Assembly (NCBI GenBank): GCA_963836815.1
Contig: CAWILD010000012.1
Location: forward strand, 691,298 to 755,297
DNA from: an uncultured Gemmatimonadales bacterium
GTDB taxonomy: Bacteria; Gemmatimonadota; Gemmatimonadetes; Gemmatimonadales; GWC2-71-9
Direction of reading: 5' to 3'
Length of the DNA stretch: 64,000 nucleotides
The notes below the pieces were generated by a model. It searched no databases. It was not told the origin of the DNA and was given only the letters and a program-made list of their open reading frames with translations. The translations under genes were made by a program, and so were the position numbers. Shown here one piece after another: positions 1 to 10,296 of this stretch. Positions within the stretch are counted from its first letter, which is position 1, and each line of letters begins with the position of its first letter.

Positions 1-146
1 TGCAGGGTGCGGGTCGGAAACGGCGGCCAGCGGGTGGCGGGTCTGCGCCAGCGCGCGGCTGACCGACTCGATGGCCACCCCACCCGACAGCGCTACCAGG
101 AGAGAACAGGCCGGGAGAATTCCGGGACGCGACATGCTGGTTCCAG

Positions 147-914
147 GTGATGGACAATAGAGAAACGCCGGCTGTCGTGGAGCGGTTTGCGACCGTGCTC
201 CGGGCGGCCCGCCATGTCGCCGTGCTCACCGGTGCAGGGGTCTCCGCGGAGAGCGGGCTCCCCACGTTTCGGGATCCACTCACCGGCCTCTGGGCTCGCT
301 ACCGGCCGGAGGAGCTGGCCACGCCCGAGGCGTTCCTCCGGGATCCCGAGCTGGTCTGGTCCTGGTATGGCCACCGCCGGGAGGCGGCGCGCGCCGCGAG
401 TCCCAATCCGGCGCACCTCGCGATCGCGCGGCTCGAATCGCTGGTCCCTCGGCTGACCCTCATCACGCAGAACGTCGATGACCTTCATCGGCGGGCCGGC
501 AGCAGCGCACCGATCGAGCTGCACGGCAGTCTGTTCCGGAGCCGGTGCATGCGGGATGGATCGATGCACGAGGAGAGGGTCGACCAGGCGCTCTCGGAGC
601 ACCGTCTGCCGAGGTGTCCCGACTGTGGCGCGCTGCTCCGGCCGGGAGTCGTCTGGTTCGGCGAGGCACTGCCAGAAGTTGCACTCGAGCGGGCCCGGGC
701 CGCGGTGACAGATTGCGACGTGCTGTTGTCGGTGGGAACGTCTCATCAAGTATTTCCGGCGGCGGCGCTTCCGACCCTCGCACTCGAGTCGGGTGCGGCG
801 GTCGCCGTCATCAACCCGGACCCGGAGGCGCGGGACCGAGTCAGCGGTACTCAATATTTGATCGGCAGGGCCGGCGAACTGCTTCCCGCTCTGATCGCAG
901 CAGCGTGGAGTTGA
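147..914 (+). CDS. cobB: NAD-dependent protein deacylase (sirtuin, class III)
   Basis: Motifs GAGVSAESGLPTFR, TQNVDDLH, HGSL, zinc-binding Cys region, RPGVVWFGE and GTS. Confidence 0.92.
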   Translation: MMDNRETPAVVERFATVLRAARHVAVLTGAGVSAESGLPTFRDPLTGLWARYRPEELATPEAFLRDPELVWSWYGHRREAARAASPNPAHLAIARLESLVPRLTLITQNVDDLHRRAGSSAPIELHGSLFRSRCMRDGSMHEERVDQALSEHRLPRCPDCGALLRPGVVWFGEALPEVALERARAAVTDCDVLLSVGTSHQVFPAAALPTLALESGAAVAVINPDPEARDRVSGTQYLIGRAGELLPALIAAAWS

Positions 915-1050
915 GCCTAAAGTAGAGGTTGCCCTTATCCGTGGAGGCCGTAACTTGTGCGGGCTCGCTCGGCGAGCAGCTGCGGTGATGTTCTCACCAG
1001 TCGGGTCGGTCGTAGTTCCAATCTCCCAAAAAACGTCAGAGAGGTGGCGC

Positions 1051-2112
1051 ATGCGAATTCGGAGTGCCGTACGCGCGGGATGCACTTTCGCGGTTATCGG
1101 ATTGGCTGCATGCATGGACGACCAGCCGACGACGTCGTCCCCCGTGGACGTCCAGGGACTGGCGGCAAGCAAGAAGGCGACCAGTGACGAGGTCGTGCGG
1201 GTGAATCCTGCGCTGGCACGGATCGACGCACGGCTGGCGGCGAGGGGGTCCAACCTCCGCTTCGCCCGGGCCGAGGTGATCTACGCGGGCGAAGGCGTAC
1301 GAGGCTCAATCGCCGACGGTGATCATCGCGAACAATCGGACCCACTCGAACGGCTTCGAGTGGGTCTCCGGCGATCCGCGGCGCGACGGACGGAGCGGCG
1401 TCATTTATGCGGTGGACCCACAGCTCCAGACCTTCTTGACGGGCCTTGCATTCCCGGTGCCGGTCGTGGAGACCGGCGCGGCGTTCCGGCTGTCCTCGCA
1501 GGCGGAGCTGGACGGCTACCTCGAGGAGGCCATGCAGGCGTGGCGCGACAGGAGGTGCAGCGATGCACCTTTCGATCGGGTAGCGGTTCCGGCGGGAACC
1601 GATCCGGACCAGCTCGACGACCTCTTCCTGGGACGCCCGACTCCGAGCGCGAACTACCTGCAGCCGTCCGACATCGTGCTGGCCGGCTGGCAGCCCGCGG
1701 AGTTCTTCGATGCCATCATTCCCGGTGGGTCGGACGCGATCCTCGGTGTCGCGTTCTCCTTCAACTTCGTCGACGACCAAGGGAACTCCGACCGACATCG
1801 ACGGAAACGGCAAGTTCGACACTGGCCTGGTCGAGATCTATTTCAACCCCGACCTTCATCTGGACCAACCGGGGGGCGCCAGGATTCATCGATTTCTTCT
1901 CGGTCCTCACCCATGAGATCGGCCACTCGCTCGGGCTGGGTCACTTCGGCAAGGTGTTCATCACCAAGAAGGACGCCGCCGACGGGCTCCAGATCGCGGA
2001 CCTCAAGTATGCGCCCAAGGCCCTGATGAACGCCGTCTACGTGCAGGGCCGCGACGAGATCCGGGGCTCGGACAACGGCTCGTTCTGCCAGATCTGGGCG
2101 AGCAAGAACTAG
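1051..2112 (+). CDS. Matrixin-like (M10) zinc metalloprotease lipoprotein, frameshifted in the assembly
   Basis: Lipobox LAAC; HEIGHSLGLGH metzincin motif plus Met-turn (ALMNA); coding path switches frame near 1300, 1790 and 1850. Confidence 0.72.
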   Translation: MRIRSAVRAGCTFAVIGLAACMDDQPTTSSPVDVQGLAASKKATSDEVVRVNPALARIDARLAARGSNLRFARAEVIYAGEGVRGSIADGDHREQSDPLERLRVGLRRSAARRTERRHLCGGPTAPDLLDGPCIPGAGRGDRRGVPAVLAGGAGRLPRGGHAGVARQEVQRCTFRSGSGSGGNRSGPARRPLPGTPDSERELPAAVRHRAGRLAARGVLRCHHSRWVGRDPRCRVLLQLRRRPRELRPTSTETASSTLAWSRSISTPTFIWTNRGAPGFIDFFSVLTHEIGHSLGLGHFGKVFITKKDAADGLQIADLKYAPKALMNAVYVQGRDEIRGSDNGSFCQIWASKN

Positions 2113-2167
2113 CGGTGGCGACACGACTTGGCCCGGGGCGGGCGGATCCTTATATTCACCGCCCCGA

Positions 2168-2230
<63 letters not shown>

Positions 2231-2240
<10 letters not shown>

Positions 2241-3349
2241 CTGCACTTAGCCCACCGGCCTCCGCTCCGGTGTGGGGACTTCTCTGGGGACTTTCTCCCG
2301 CGGACCCGCTCTACTTTCACCAGCCGCAGCATCACCGGCTCGCCAACCAGCTGCTCCAGCGCGGCCGCATCCTCCCGCAGATAGGCACGCACTTCCCGCA
2401 TCCGCTTGTAGAGCGCGTTCAGATCCTTCGGCCCATGCGCCATGTAGTAGTCCTGGCGGAACTGCGGGATGCGGGCGAGGTCGAGCCACTGCGCGTAGGT
2501 CCGCCGGAGATCATAGGGGTTACCGTGTCGCCGCTCGTGCGTCCGGAGGCGGCGGTAAAAGGCGAGCCGCCCGGTCGCCGGCTTCACCAGAATGCCGACC
2601 CGTGGCACCACGCGATCGGCGCCGGGCTCTTCGTGCCATGGATCCGGACCCGTCGGGCTCGACGCTCCAGCGGTTCCCGATCTCCTCGAACATCTCTTCG
2701 GGCCGCATCCCGGTGAGGCAGAACGCCCAGAGGGTCCGGGCGTGATGCGGCTGCCAGCGTCGCCGCGAGCGCCTTCGCCTGCTCCACGGTGAGCGGATTG
2801 AACGGGCAGCCGCCGCTCCTTCGGCAGCTTGAGCGGGCGCACCCGCTTGCAGGCGAGCCGAGCCAGTGCCGCTCGCCGAGCACCGCATGGACGAAGGCCA
2901 GGAGCGCCGCCGCGGTCCTTGTTGAAGGTCCGCGCCCGGACACCGAGCGACGCCTTCCGGTGCGTCGCCGAGCAGGGCGGGAAGATCGGTGAAGGTCGCC
3001 TCCTGGCGCGAGCCTGCGAGACGGGTCCACGCCTCGCCGTAGTCGCGCGCGGGTGCGCGGCGGCGATCTCCTTTTGCGTCGAGCCACTCGTCCACGCGGT
3101 GCTAGCGGGCGCATCAGGTCGCCGGTCGGCAACTCGTGGAGCTTCCCTTGGCGGTACTGCTCGTACACCTGCATCACGCGTCACGCGGTTCGCCTTCAGA
3201 TCGCGGAGCACATCGAGGCGGCCAACCTGGTAGAGGGTGCGCAACATCTGCTTCATGGCATCGCGGGTCTGGCGGCGCATGGTCCCGCTCCGCACGTGCA
3301 GCCTGCCGATGCCCTTGAACTGCAGATCAATGGGGAGCGAGCCGGTCAT
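2231..3349 (-). CDS. int: Tyrosine recombinase/integrase (frameshifted in the assembly)
   Basis: LTGMRPEE (catalytic Arg), YDLRRTYA (HxxR-type box) and MAHG...ALY across frames; points towards the tRNA. Confidence 0.85.
2271..2292 (+). repeat. Integrase arm-type direct repeat TGGGGACT x2
   Basis: TGTGGGGACT-TCTCTGGGGACT about 30 bp 3' of the tRNA; same motif at 18572-18592 and 18770-18791. Confidence 0.65.
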
Positions 3350-3552
3350 GCCGCGTCCCTCCCTGGCTGGAACCAGGCGACGACGTCCTTCCAGATATAG
3401 CGCGGGATTCGGCTGCCGAGCGCATAGCTCGCCGGGATACCGGCCCGCTCAATACTATCCTCGCTCGTCGAGAGCGCAGCGCCAGTTGCGCCGGGTGAGG
3501 ATCGTATCCGGCGGGTACCCCACGGGTGGGTCGGCCTCACGTCCTGGAGCAC
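3346..3552 (-). CDS. Excisionase-like small DNA-binding protein
   Basis: Short ORF overlapping the integrase start (ATGA); C-terminal G-SRIPRYIWKDVVAW resembles the Xis wing. Confidence 0.55.
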   Translation of the reverse strand: MLQDVRPTHPWGTRRIRSSPGATGAALSTSEDSIERAGIPASYALGSRIPRYIWKDVVAWFQPGRDAA

Positions 3553-3656
3553 TCAGTCCTGCGCGGATGACAGTGCTCATCGGGACTCCACGGCCGTCGC
3601 AGCCAGCAGGTCATCGGTCCACGGCATCATCGGCCTCGGCACGATTGCAACGCCTT

Positions 3657-3684
3657 AAAAAGGGTGGCCCTCCCGCCGGCCATC
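3657..3684 (-). terminator. Putative intrinsic terminator of the satellite operon
   Basis: GATGGCC/GGCCACC hairpin followed by TTTTT on the minus strand. Confidence 0.45.
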
Positions 3685-3740
3685 ACGTCGGCGGTCGCGC
3701 TTGAGGGGCGCGCCCGGGCGGGCCATTTCCGGGAAGGTGC

Positions 3741-4112
3741 TCACGGGTTGCCGTAGGGCACGTGTTCGCGCAGGCTCGCCTGCATTTCCTCGGGCGTCTT
3801 CGGCTTCGGGAGCTTCCCTTCGGTGTCGATCAGATTCGCGATCCGGCCGACTAAGAAGGCGAACGGGTCCGAGGCTCGGGGCTCGAAGTTCCCGTCGGAG
3901 GTCTTGATGCGGAGCTGCCCGTCGCTGTTGACCCAGAAGCGGGACCGGTGGGCCTCGGCGATCTCGACACACCGCTCCCGCGCGAGGCCGGTGCGGTCCT
4001 GGAGGCGCTGGGTGAGCTCGCGGACAGCGGCGTCAGTCGTCCAGGGCTCCGTCCGGCGGGTGTAGGCCTCGCCGTGCCGTGTGGTCACTGGGGTCGTGTG
4101 TCTCGGGCTCAT
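3741..4112 (-). CDS. Hypothetical satellite protein
   Basis: GAGG RBS; protein-like ORF downstream of terS. Confidence 0.55.
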   Translation of the reverse strand: MSPRHTTPVTTRHGEAYTRRTEPWTTDAAVRELTQRLQDRTGLARERCVEIAEAHRSRFWVNSDGQLRIKTSDGNFEPRASDPFAFLVGRIANLIDTEGKLPKPKTPEEMQASLREHVPYGNP

Positions 4113-4129
4113 CGGTACCTCGGGGTTGA

Positions 4130-4596
4130 AGGGTCCGTCGGGCGGCCCCGTTGTGGCCGGGGTTCTGGTCGCGCGGTGCGCGGTTGGCAGCCAGGGTGAG
4201 CAACCGCTGAGCCGCGCCCGTCGTTCGTCATCGGTCAGGGTCAGGAACAGCGGCCTACCGTCGGCGCCGGTGTGCTGGATCGTGGCCACGTGCCGCCAGC
4301 GGCCGTGACTGCGGTTGACGAGGGAAGAAAATGGTCTCCGCGGGACTGGCCTGGGGGCGCAGGCAGCGGGCGAACAGCGCGTCTTCGGCCATCGCGCTCT
4401 GGATGTCGTCGCGGAGCCCTCGCGCGTCCACGACCGCGGCATCGAAGACCGGATCCTGCTGGCGCCAGCGCCAGACGGTCGACGGATTGATCCCGGCGCG
4501 CGCCGTGGCTTGGGCCATCGAGACGGTCCTAGAGCGGAGTGCCGTCAGGAACGGGGTTTTCGCTGCCTGCCGTCTGGCTTCTCCCTTGAGCTTCAT
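4130..4596 (-). CDS. terS: Terminase small subunit-like protein (frameshifted; 3' end approximate)
   Basis: HTH (ATARAGINPSTVWRWRQQDPVF), then IFFLVNR..GRWRH...HTGADGRPL and LTDDERRARL, typical of TerS. Confidence 0.7.
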
Positions 4597-4851
4597 GGGG
4601 TCTCCAGGAGGTCGCGGGCGAGCTCGAGCAGCAGCTGGCCCACGCGGGCGGCGGTCTCGGGGCTGAGGGCGAGCGGCGCGGCCCATGGGTTGCCAGACCT
4701 TGCCGCGGAGGTCGTTGGCGAAGTCCTGGATGATGACCGAAGCCTCGGCCCCATCGGTGTCGTTGAGCCACACGCGCCACTCGGTGTCGGGGCCGGTGGG
4801 AATGCGGTGGAGGCCGTCGTCGTCGCGGCGGTCGCCGTTGGTCGTGCTCAT
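4593..4851 (-). CDS. PC4/YdbC-like single-stranded DNA-binding protein (frameshifted)
   Basis: EWRVWL..VIIQDF..G.VWQP.G..LSPE pattern; stop overlaps the terS start. Confidence 0.45.
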
Positions 4852-6366
4852 GCGCCGTCCTCCATCGCGAGGCGGGCGGCCTCATCGGGGTCCTCGGCAT
4901 CGGGGGTTCGAACCATCCGAACCATCTAGAGCCGTTTTCCGAGATTCACCCTTACGCGCGCGTACGCGAGAGTTCCCGAAAACGGCTCGAAAAGGTTCAG
5001 ATGGTTCCAGACTTCTCCGTGGAGGAGCAAGCCCGACCCGCCGGGTCGCCCCGCGGCTATCACGGGTGGTCCCGAAGTTGTGCTTGTGCAACTCTCTGCC
5101 GAATCGTTGGAGGGTGATGCGTTCCACCGGGGCGACGGTCTCGTTGAAGCGGGCGAAGAGCGCCTGGACGCTCTCACTGGCGTGCTGCTCGAGGACGCAC
5201 TGCTCGTCCAGGAACCGTGCGACCACATCCATCTCCGCTCGATAGGCGGGTCGTGGCCTCCTCGACCGGCTCGGGCACCCGCGCCGTCGTGCTGCCACGC
5301 CCGGCAACCCCGCACCGCCCAGGCCAGGATGCCCGGCAGCTCGCCCCTGAAGCACGGGCTCCAAGCTCTGGTCCCACTGCTCACGCGGGATAGTGACATC
5401 GAAGGGGATGGTGTGGATCCGGCGCCAGATGCCTTCGTCGGTGCCTCGGACCGCCGGCTTCTCGTTGGCCGCGAGCCACAACTTGAACGTGGGCCGGAAC
5501 GTGAAGCGATCGCGGTACAGGAAGCGGACCGGAGAGGGTGTCCTGGCCGGTCAGGGTCTTGATCAGCCCCTCGGCCATGCGACGTCCATCGCCGCTCTCT
5601 GTGGCGGCCACCAGTCGCGTGCCGACGAGGTCGGCCAAGTCCTCCGCGCCCCGTCCAGCCGCCGCTCCAGGAAGCTGGAGAAGTCCGCCTGGCGGAAGTA
5701 GTCGCCCAGCAGCGCCTCCAGCGTGCGGATGGTGGTGCCCTTGCCGTTGGCGCCGGTGCCGTAGAGGAAGAAGAGACACTGCTCGCGGGTGTCGCCGGTG
5801 AGACTGTAGCCGACCGCACGCTGGAGGAAGTCGATCAGCTCCTGCCGCTCTTTCGTCACGAACTTGAGGTGCGCGAGCCAGCGCGGGCATTCCGCGTCAG
5901 GATCGTAGGCCACTGGGGCGAGCCGCGTGATTAGGTCCTCACGGCGGTGGGGCTCCTGAAGCTTGCCGGTGCGCAAGTCGATCGTGCCGTTCGCCACGGT
6001 CAGCAGGAAGGGATCCCGGTCGAAGTCAGCCGCTCGGGCAGCAATCTCCGGCTCCGTGCGGGCGAGGTACAGCATGTTGGTGATGGCCCCGGCCCGCTCC
6101 GAGGCCAACGCGTGCTGAATCAGTGAGCCCCGCCGGACGGAGCCGTCGGGCTCGGCGAGTCCTTCGTCGTAGATGGATCGCACGGTTGCTTTCGCCCGGC
6201 GCTCGGCTTCGCCGGTCTCATCGCGCCGCCAATGCGAGCTGTCCCAGATGAGCCAGCCCCAGGCAGCGACGTACCGCAGATCCCGGCCATGCAGCACGGC
6301 GAGCCGTCGCGCGTTCCCGAGATCGGTGGGATTCTCACCCGGTGGTGGATCGGGGCGCTGGCTCAT
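4848..6366 (-). CDS. P4-family D5-like primase-associated SF3 helicase (frameshifted)
   Basis: TDLGNARR...WLIWD..HW D5_N motif, Walker A LYGTGANGKGT, IKTLTGQD, NEKP..GTDEGIWRR. Confidence 0.9.
4909..5007. repeat. Putative satellite replication origin (nested inverted and direct repeats)
   Basis: GAACCATC x2 and inverted GGTTCAGATGGTTC; GAGCCGTTTTC/GAAAACGGCTC inverted repeat; central TACGCGCGCGTA palindrome. Confidence 0.5.
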
Positions 6367-6977
6367 TCGGTCGTCGATCGCGCCCGGGCGAGCGCCTCGG
6401 CAGCCCGGAGGCGGCGGATCTCACCTGGGGTCGGGCCCCTCTTCGGGGTCGGGCCCCTCTTCGGGCCCTGTCCTTCGGGTGATTGGTGAGGGGGAGACCA
6501 GAGCGCCCGGGCCTCGGCCAAGAACTTCTCCCCGAGTGCCGGTAGGCCGTCCTCGAACGCCTCTCGTGCCGTCCGCTCCGCGCACGCGGCCCGCCAGATG
6601 ACGTCGAAGTCCAGCGTGCTGCGCAACCCGGACCGAAGCTCCCGCTGCCAGCGCTCGAGCGCCGGGTACCGGGTGGTGCCGGCTGGCGGGGTGTTGGTGG
6701 GGCTGCCGGCGCGGGGCACCTGATAGCGACATCGGTCCTCGGCATCCGTCGGCCCGAGAATGTCACCGAACGACTCGTCGTCAAGCGCCATGATCCACGC
6801 GTCCCACGCGGCAGGCGGGCCGCCCTTCACCGGGCCCCGGCTGGCGCGCAGCGCCTCGACCTCGGTGACCAGCATCACCACCTCCAACTGCAGGTCTGCG
6901 GCACTGGCGAGCGCCGGGTACCGTGGCGTTTGCGGTGGTGCTTGCTGGCGGGGGATTGGTTGGGTTCGTAAATTCAT
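6363..6977 (-). CDS. Hypothetical protein upstream of the helicase
   Basis: GAGG RBS; stop overlaps the helicase start; short tandem repeat encoding PKRGPT. Confidence 0.55.
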   Translation of the reverse strand: MNLRTQPIPRQQAPPQTPRYPALASAADLQLEVVMLVTEVEALRASRGPVKGGPPAAWDAWIMALDDESFGDILGPTDAEDRCRYQVPRAGSPTNTPPAGTTRYPALERWQRELRSGLRSTLDFDVIWRAACAERTAREAFEDGLPALGEKFLAEARALWSPPHQSPEGQGPKRGPTPKRGPTPGEIRRLRAAEALARARSTTE

Positions 6978-7041
6978 TTGCGGCCCTCCTCGCCGCGGGT
7001 GGTACCGACGCCGCTTCTCTCCAGGGAGCGGCGTCGGCGTT

Positions 7042-7227
7042 CTAGGGCTCAGGCCGCAGCACCGGGTGCTCGGCGAGCCACCGCGCCTGCCGCAGGGCCG
7101 CCGACCGAACCCAGCCGCTCAGTGAGGTGCGATCCGCTCGGGCAGCCGCTTCGAGCACCTCCCGGTCCTCGGGGCGAATCCGTAGAGCGAGGTAGGTGAT
7201 AGCTGGCACCGGCTTGGTGGCGGTCAT
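7042..7227 (-). CDS. Ribbon-helix-helix regulator (DUF1778-like)
   Basis: LALRIRPEDREVLEAAA...SLSGWVRSAAL; AGGA RBS. Confidence 0.75.
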   Translation of the reverse strand: MTATKPVPAITYLALRIRPEDREVLEAAARADRTSLSGWVRSAALRQARWLAEHPVLRPEP

Positions 7228-7648
7228 GTCCTGCTCCTGGCTGAAAAACAAACGAGCGGCCGCCGGACGGGTGATCCGGGGCCGCTCGCGCCATCGCGTT
7301 CCGTCTTAGACGGAGTAGCTGCGCGCCGCAGTGGGTGGCTGCTCTTCGATTCGAATATTCGACTCGCGCGGACGTCGCGCAATATGCGCAGAAAATGGGA
7401 AATCATCACGGTGGCGCTCCCTGCGGCGCCAACTTCACGACGGCGACGACCTCCATCCACGGCGCACACCGCCGCGCCTGCCGCTGGTGATGTCGGCAGT
7501 AGTGGGTCCACGACCGCTGGCCGGGATCCCAGATCGGCGCCCTGACGCAGCGCACGACGGCGGGCTTTCCGCACCGCCACCAGCCGCCGTGCTTCGGCTG
7601 TAGCAGGTCGCACGTGGGCGACGGCCTGGCCGCAGCCCTTAGGCCGAG

Positions 7649-8330
7649 TCATCGCCGTGGTCCTCGCCATGGTTGCCGTCCAGCATCCGGGCCAGTTCCG
7701 GGTTGACGCGGTGAGCTTCGCGCAGTTGAGCGCGGTCCGCGGCCAACTCGACCTGACAGCCCCGCCTGGTGACCCGCCGGCCGAACGCGTGGTAGTCCGG
7801 GTCCGACTCCACGACGGCCTCCGCGGCGGTGCAGGTATAGAGGCTTCCCCGAGATCAGGGGATTCTCGGTGGCCATCAGGCGCTTGATGGCGGCCTGCTT
7901 CTCCAGCGGCTTTCTATCCGGAGCAGCTCGGCCTCTTGGGCGATGGCGTGGTTTAGGTCCAGCCCGGCGGCCTTCACCGCCTCGATCGCGTGGAACGCCT
8001 GGGCAAAGGGCGGCTGGTTGGTGAGCTCGAGGAGTCGGAACACCGGTCGCCCTCCTTCCTGCGCGCTGCGCCTTGCATGACCAACGCGAGGGCGACGACC
8101 TCTGGCAGCGGCTCGCGAGACGGTCCCGGCGGAGAACAACGCTTCCAGCTCGATCAGTTCGACCTTGATCCGGCCCCGACAGTGGAAGCCCTCGCCTCCG
8201 TCGCGTGCCGCCTGATCGACCAGGCGGTCGAGCGTGTCGCGGAGGACGGTGATGCGGGCGCAGAGTTGGGGGCGGGTCAGGGGGTGAGGGCAAGGGATCG
8301 GGGGTCTGGGCGAGTCGTGCCCAGCGGTCG
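7649..8330 (-). CDS. Hypothetical protein (frameshifted, boundaries uncertain)
   Basis: Protein-like segments across frames (FAQAFHAIEAVKAAGLDL, LEKQAAIKRLMA). Confidence 0.35.
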
Positions 8331-8478
8331 AACGGCACTATGGGTGAAGACCTTCTGGACGGCCGCCCCTGCGCCGGTATAGCTTGGAGGCGGGCCACCC
8401 GTTGGTGGGGGGTCAGTGGCCGCCGTCCGGCCTTCTTTCCGGGAGTGACGGGCGGCGTGCGGTTTGTGGTGTTGCATA

Positions 8479-8512
8479 TTGACAATATAGGCAACGTTGC
8501 CAGAAATGTCAA
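8479..8512. promoter_or_regulatory. Symmetric divergent promoter/operator
   Basis: TTGACA-N5-GGCAACGTTGCC-N5-TGTCAA dyad upstream of the HTH gene. Confidence 0.65.
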
Positions 8513-8529
8513 CAGTGGCTAGATTCTCC

Positions 8530-8754
8530 GTGGTGAAACTCCGAGTGCCGGATCTCATGGCCCAGGCAGGCATCACCGCCTATCGGCTCGCCGCCGACAG
8601 CGAGGGCCGCATCAGCCAGCGCACGGCCTATCGGTTGTCGCGAGGCGAGAAGGCGGGCATGTACCCAGAGGAGATCGCGGCTCTGGTCGACATCTTCGAG
8701 CTAAAGGACGTCGGCGAGTTGTTCGATTTGCGGCGGGGGCGGAAGGCGGGATGA
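8530..8754 (+). CDS. Cro/XRE-family HTH repressor
   Basis: LRVPDLMAQAGITAYRLAA...ISQRTAYRL; paralogue at 19182-19403. Confidence 0.8.
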   Translation: MVKLRVPDLMAQAGITAYRLAADSEGRISQRTAYRLSRGEKAGMYPEEIAALVDIFELKDVGELFDLRRGRKAG

Positions 8755-8814
8755 GGCGTAACGGCTCCCGGTCACGCCCGACGAGCTGATCGAGCGGGAG
8801 CGGAAAGGCAAACG

Positions 8815-9252
8815 GTGGCGGTGACCGACCAAACGACCCGGCTCCTGCAGGCGATCCCGCACATCACGCACGACGTGAGCATGATGTGTCAGGCGCTCGA
8901 GCTCAGCAGCGTGCGGGTTGGCTGGGTGACGTGGTACGTCATGGCGAGGAACGTCGCCAACTTCTTGACCGTCCAGAGAAAGGGCGACATCAGCGCCCTG
9001 GATTACCTCTCCGAATCAGAAGCGGGCGCCTGGCGCCGACAAGCCGCTCCGGAAATAGGACTCGTGATCGGGTCTGCTTCCGAATTGGCGACGCACCTAT
9101 CCTGGAAGCGCGTAGATGAGGCGGCAAGCGTTCAGGAGCCGTCGAAGGCCGTGACCGACGCGTTAATCCTGCTCTGGTCGGACTTCCTGGCACGCGTCCC
9201 CGAGCCCTATCGGGCGGAGTTTGTGAGGAGTCTGGCCGGGCAGCAGAAATGA
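8815..9252 (+). CDS. Hypothetical protein, possibly HEPN-like
   Basis: All-alpha 145 aa with ARNVANFL, DISALDY and LATHLSWKR segments. Confidence 0.5.
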   Translation: MAVTDQTTRLLQAIPHITHDVSMMCQALELSSVRVGWVTWYVMARNVANFLTVQRKGDISALDYLSESEAGAWRRQAAPEIGLVIGSASELATHLSWKRVDEAASVQEPSKAVTDALILLWSDFLARVPEPYRAEFVRSLAGQQK

Positions 9253-9451
9253 CACCGGGGGCTGGATACAATTTGTCCCCGGGTAAGCCACGCCACGAGC
9301 AGGAGCGCGATCTGGAGTTCACCGACCAGCCGCCGGTGTGACGGCTGCATGAGCTGCAAGGCGGAGTTCGGACTGGTCTAGCCCCCTCTCAGGCGCAGCA
9401 GTAGTATCAGGCTCCGCTACAACACATCGCACGACGGAGGAGAGGTGAACG

Positions 9452-9967
9452 ATGAACAAGCGGGCGCTCGACGGGTTCTGGGACCAGTTCCGGCAGAAGT
9501 ACGGCGTCTACCTTCGCCTGCTGGACCTAATACCCGCGGACAGTTACCAGAGTCAGCCGGTCCCGGGCTTGCGGTCCGCCGCCGAGCTGGCGGTCCATGT
9601 TTCGGGCACGGTCGTTCGGGACCTCGCGCGGGGCATCGCGACCGGCAGCGTCACCGCTGATGAGGGGGCGGAGCCTCGTCTGGCGAAAGAGCTGGACAAG
9701 CCGGGCCTGATCGCCTTCGCCAGGCAGTGTTTCGACGAGGCCGATGTGGCGGTCGCCCGGATCGGGGACGCGGAGCTGCAGGCCATCGTGTCGACACCTT
9801 GGAAGATGAACTGGCCCGGGTGGGTCGGGTTCTCCATCATGAACGACGAGTTCGTACACCACCGGGGGCAGCTCTACGTCTACGCGCGCCTCTTCAGTGT
9901 CGCTCCGCCGTTCATCTGGAGCTTCGGGGAGAACACGGCGGAGTTCCGACCGGCGCCGATCGGCTAG
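9452..9967 (+). CDS. DinB family protein
   Basis: RSAAELAVH and EFVHHRGQLYVYARL motifs; strong RBS. Confidence 0.85.
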   Translation: MNKRALDGFWDQFRQKYGVYLRLLDLIPADSYQSQPVPGLRSAAELAVHVSGTVVRDLARGIATGSVTADEGAEPRLAKELDKPGLIAFARQCFDEADVAVARIGDAELQAIVSTPWKMNWPGWVGFSIMNDEFVHHRGQLYVYARLFSVAPPFIWSFGENTAEFRPAPIG

Positions 9968-10296
9968 GCGATACCTTTCCCCCCAATAGCCCGGCTCGCA
10001 GCCGGGGAAATAGACGCCCTCCATACCCTTGACTCCTGAAAGGTCGATGCGGCTAGACTAGCCGCATGGCCATCAACGGACCGTCAACGCTGGGCGCGGG
10101 TGCCGCCCGCGCTCGCCTGGAAACATCCCGGGCTCCCCACCACATGGACCCGCCTGCTCGAGCTGGTCGAGCGCCTTATCGGTCTCGCTCACCAGTAGGG
10201 CGAGCACCTGCGGCTGCAATCCGGCGAGGAGCGTTGCTCTCAGCTTGACAGCCGCGTTTTTGCCCCGTAAGTCACCCTGACATCCCGGTTCCAATC

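Noticed and set aside
6428-6468. 18-bp tandem repeat GGGTCGGGCCCCTCTTCG
   Set aside because: About two copies, in frame within a coding linker; no evidence of a separate function
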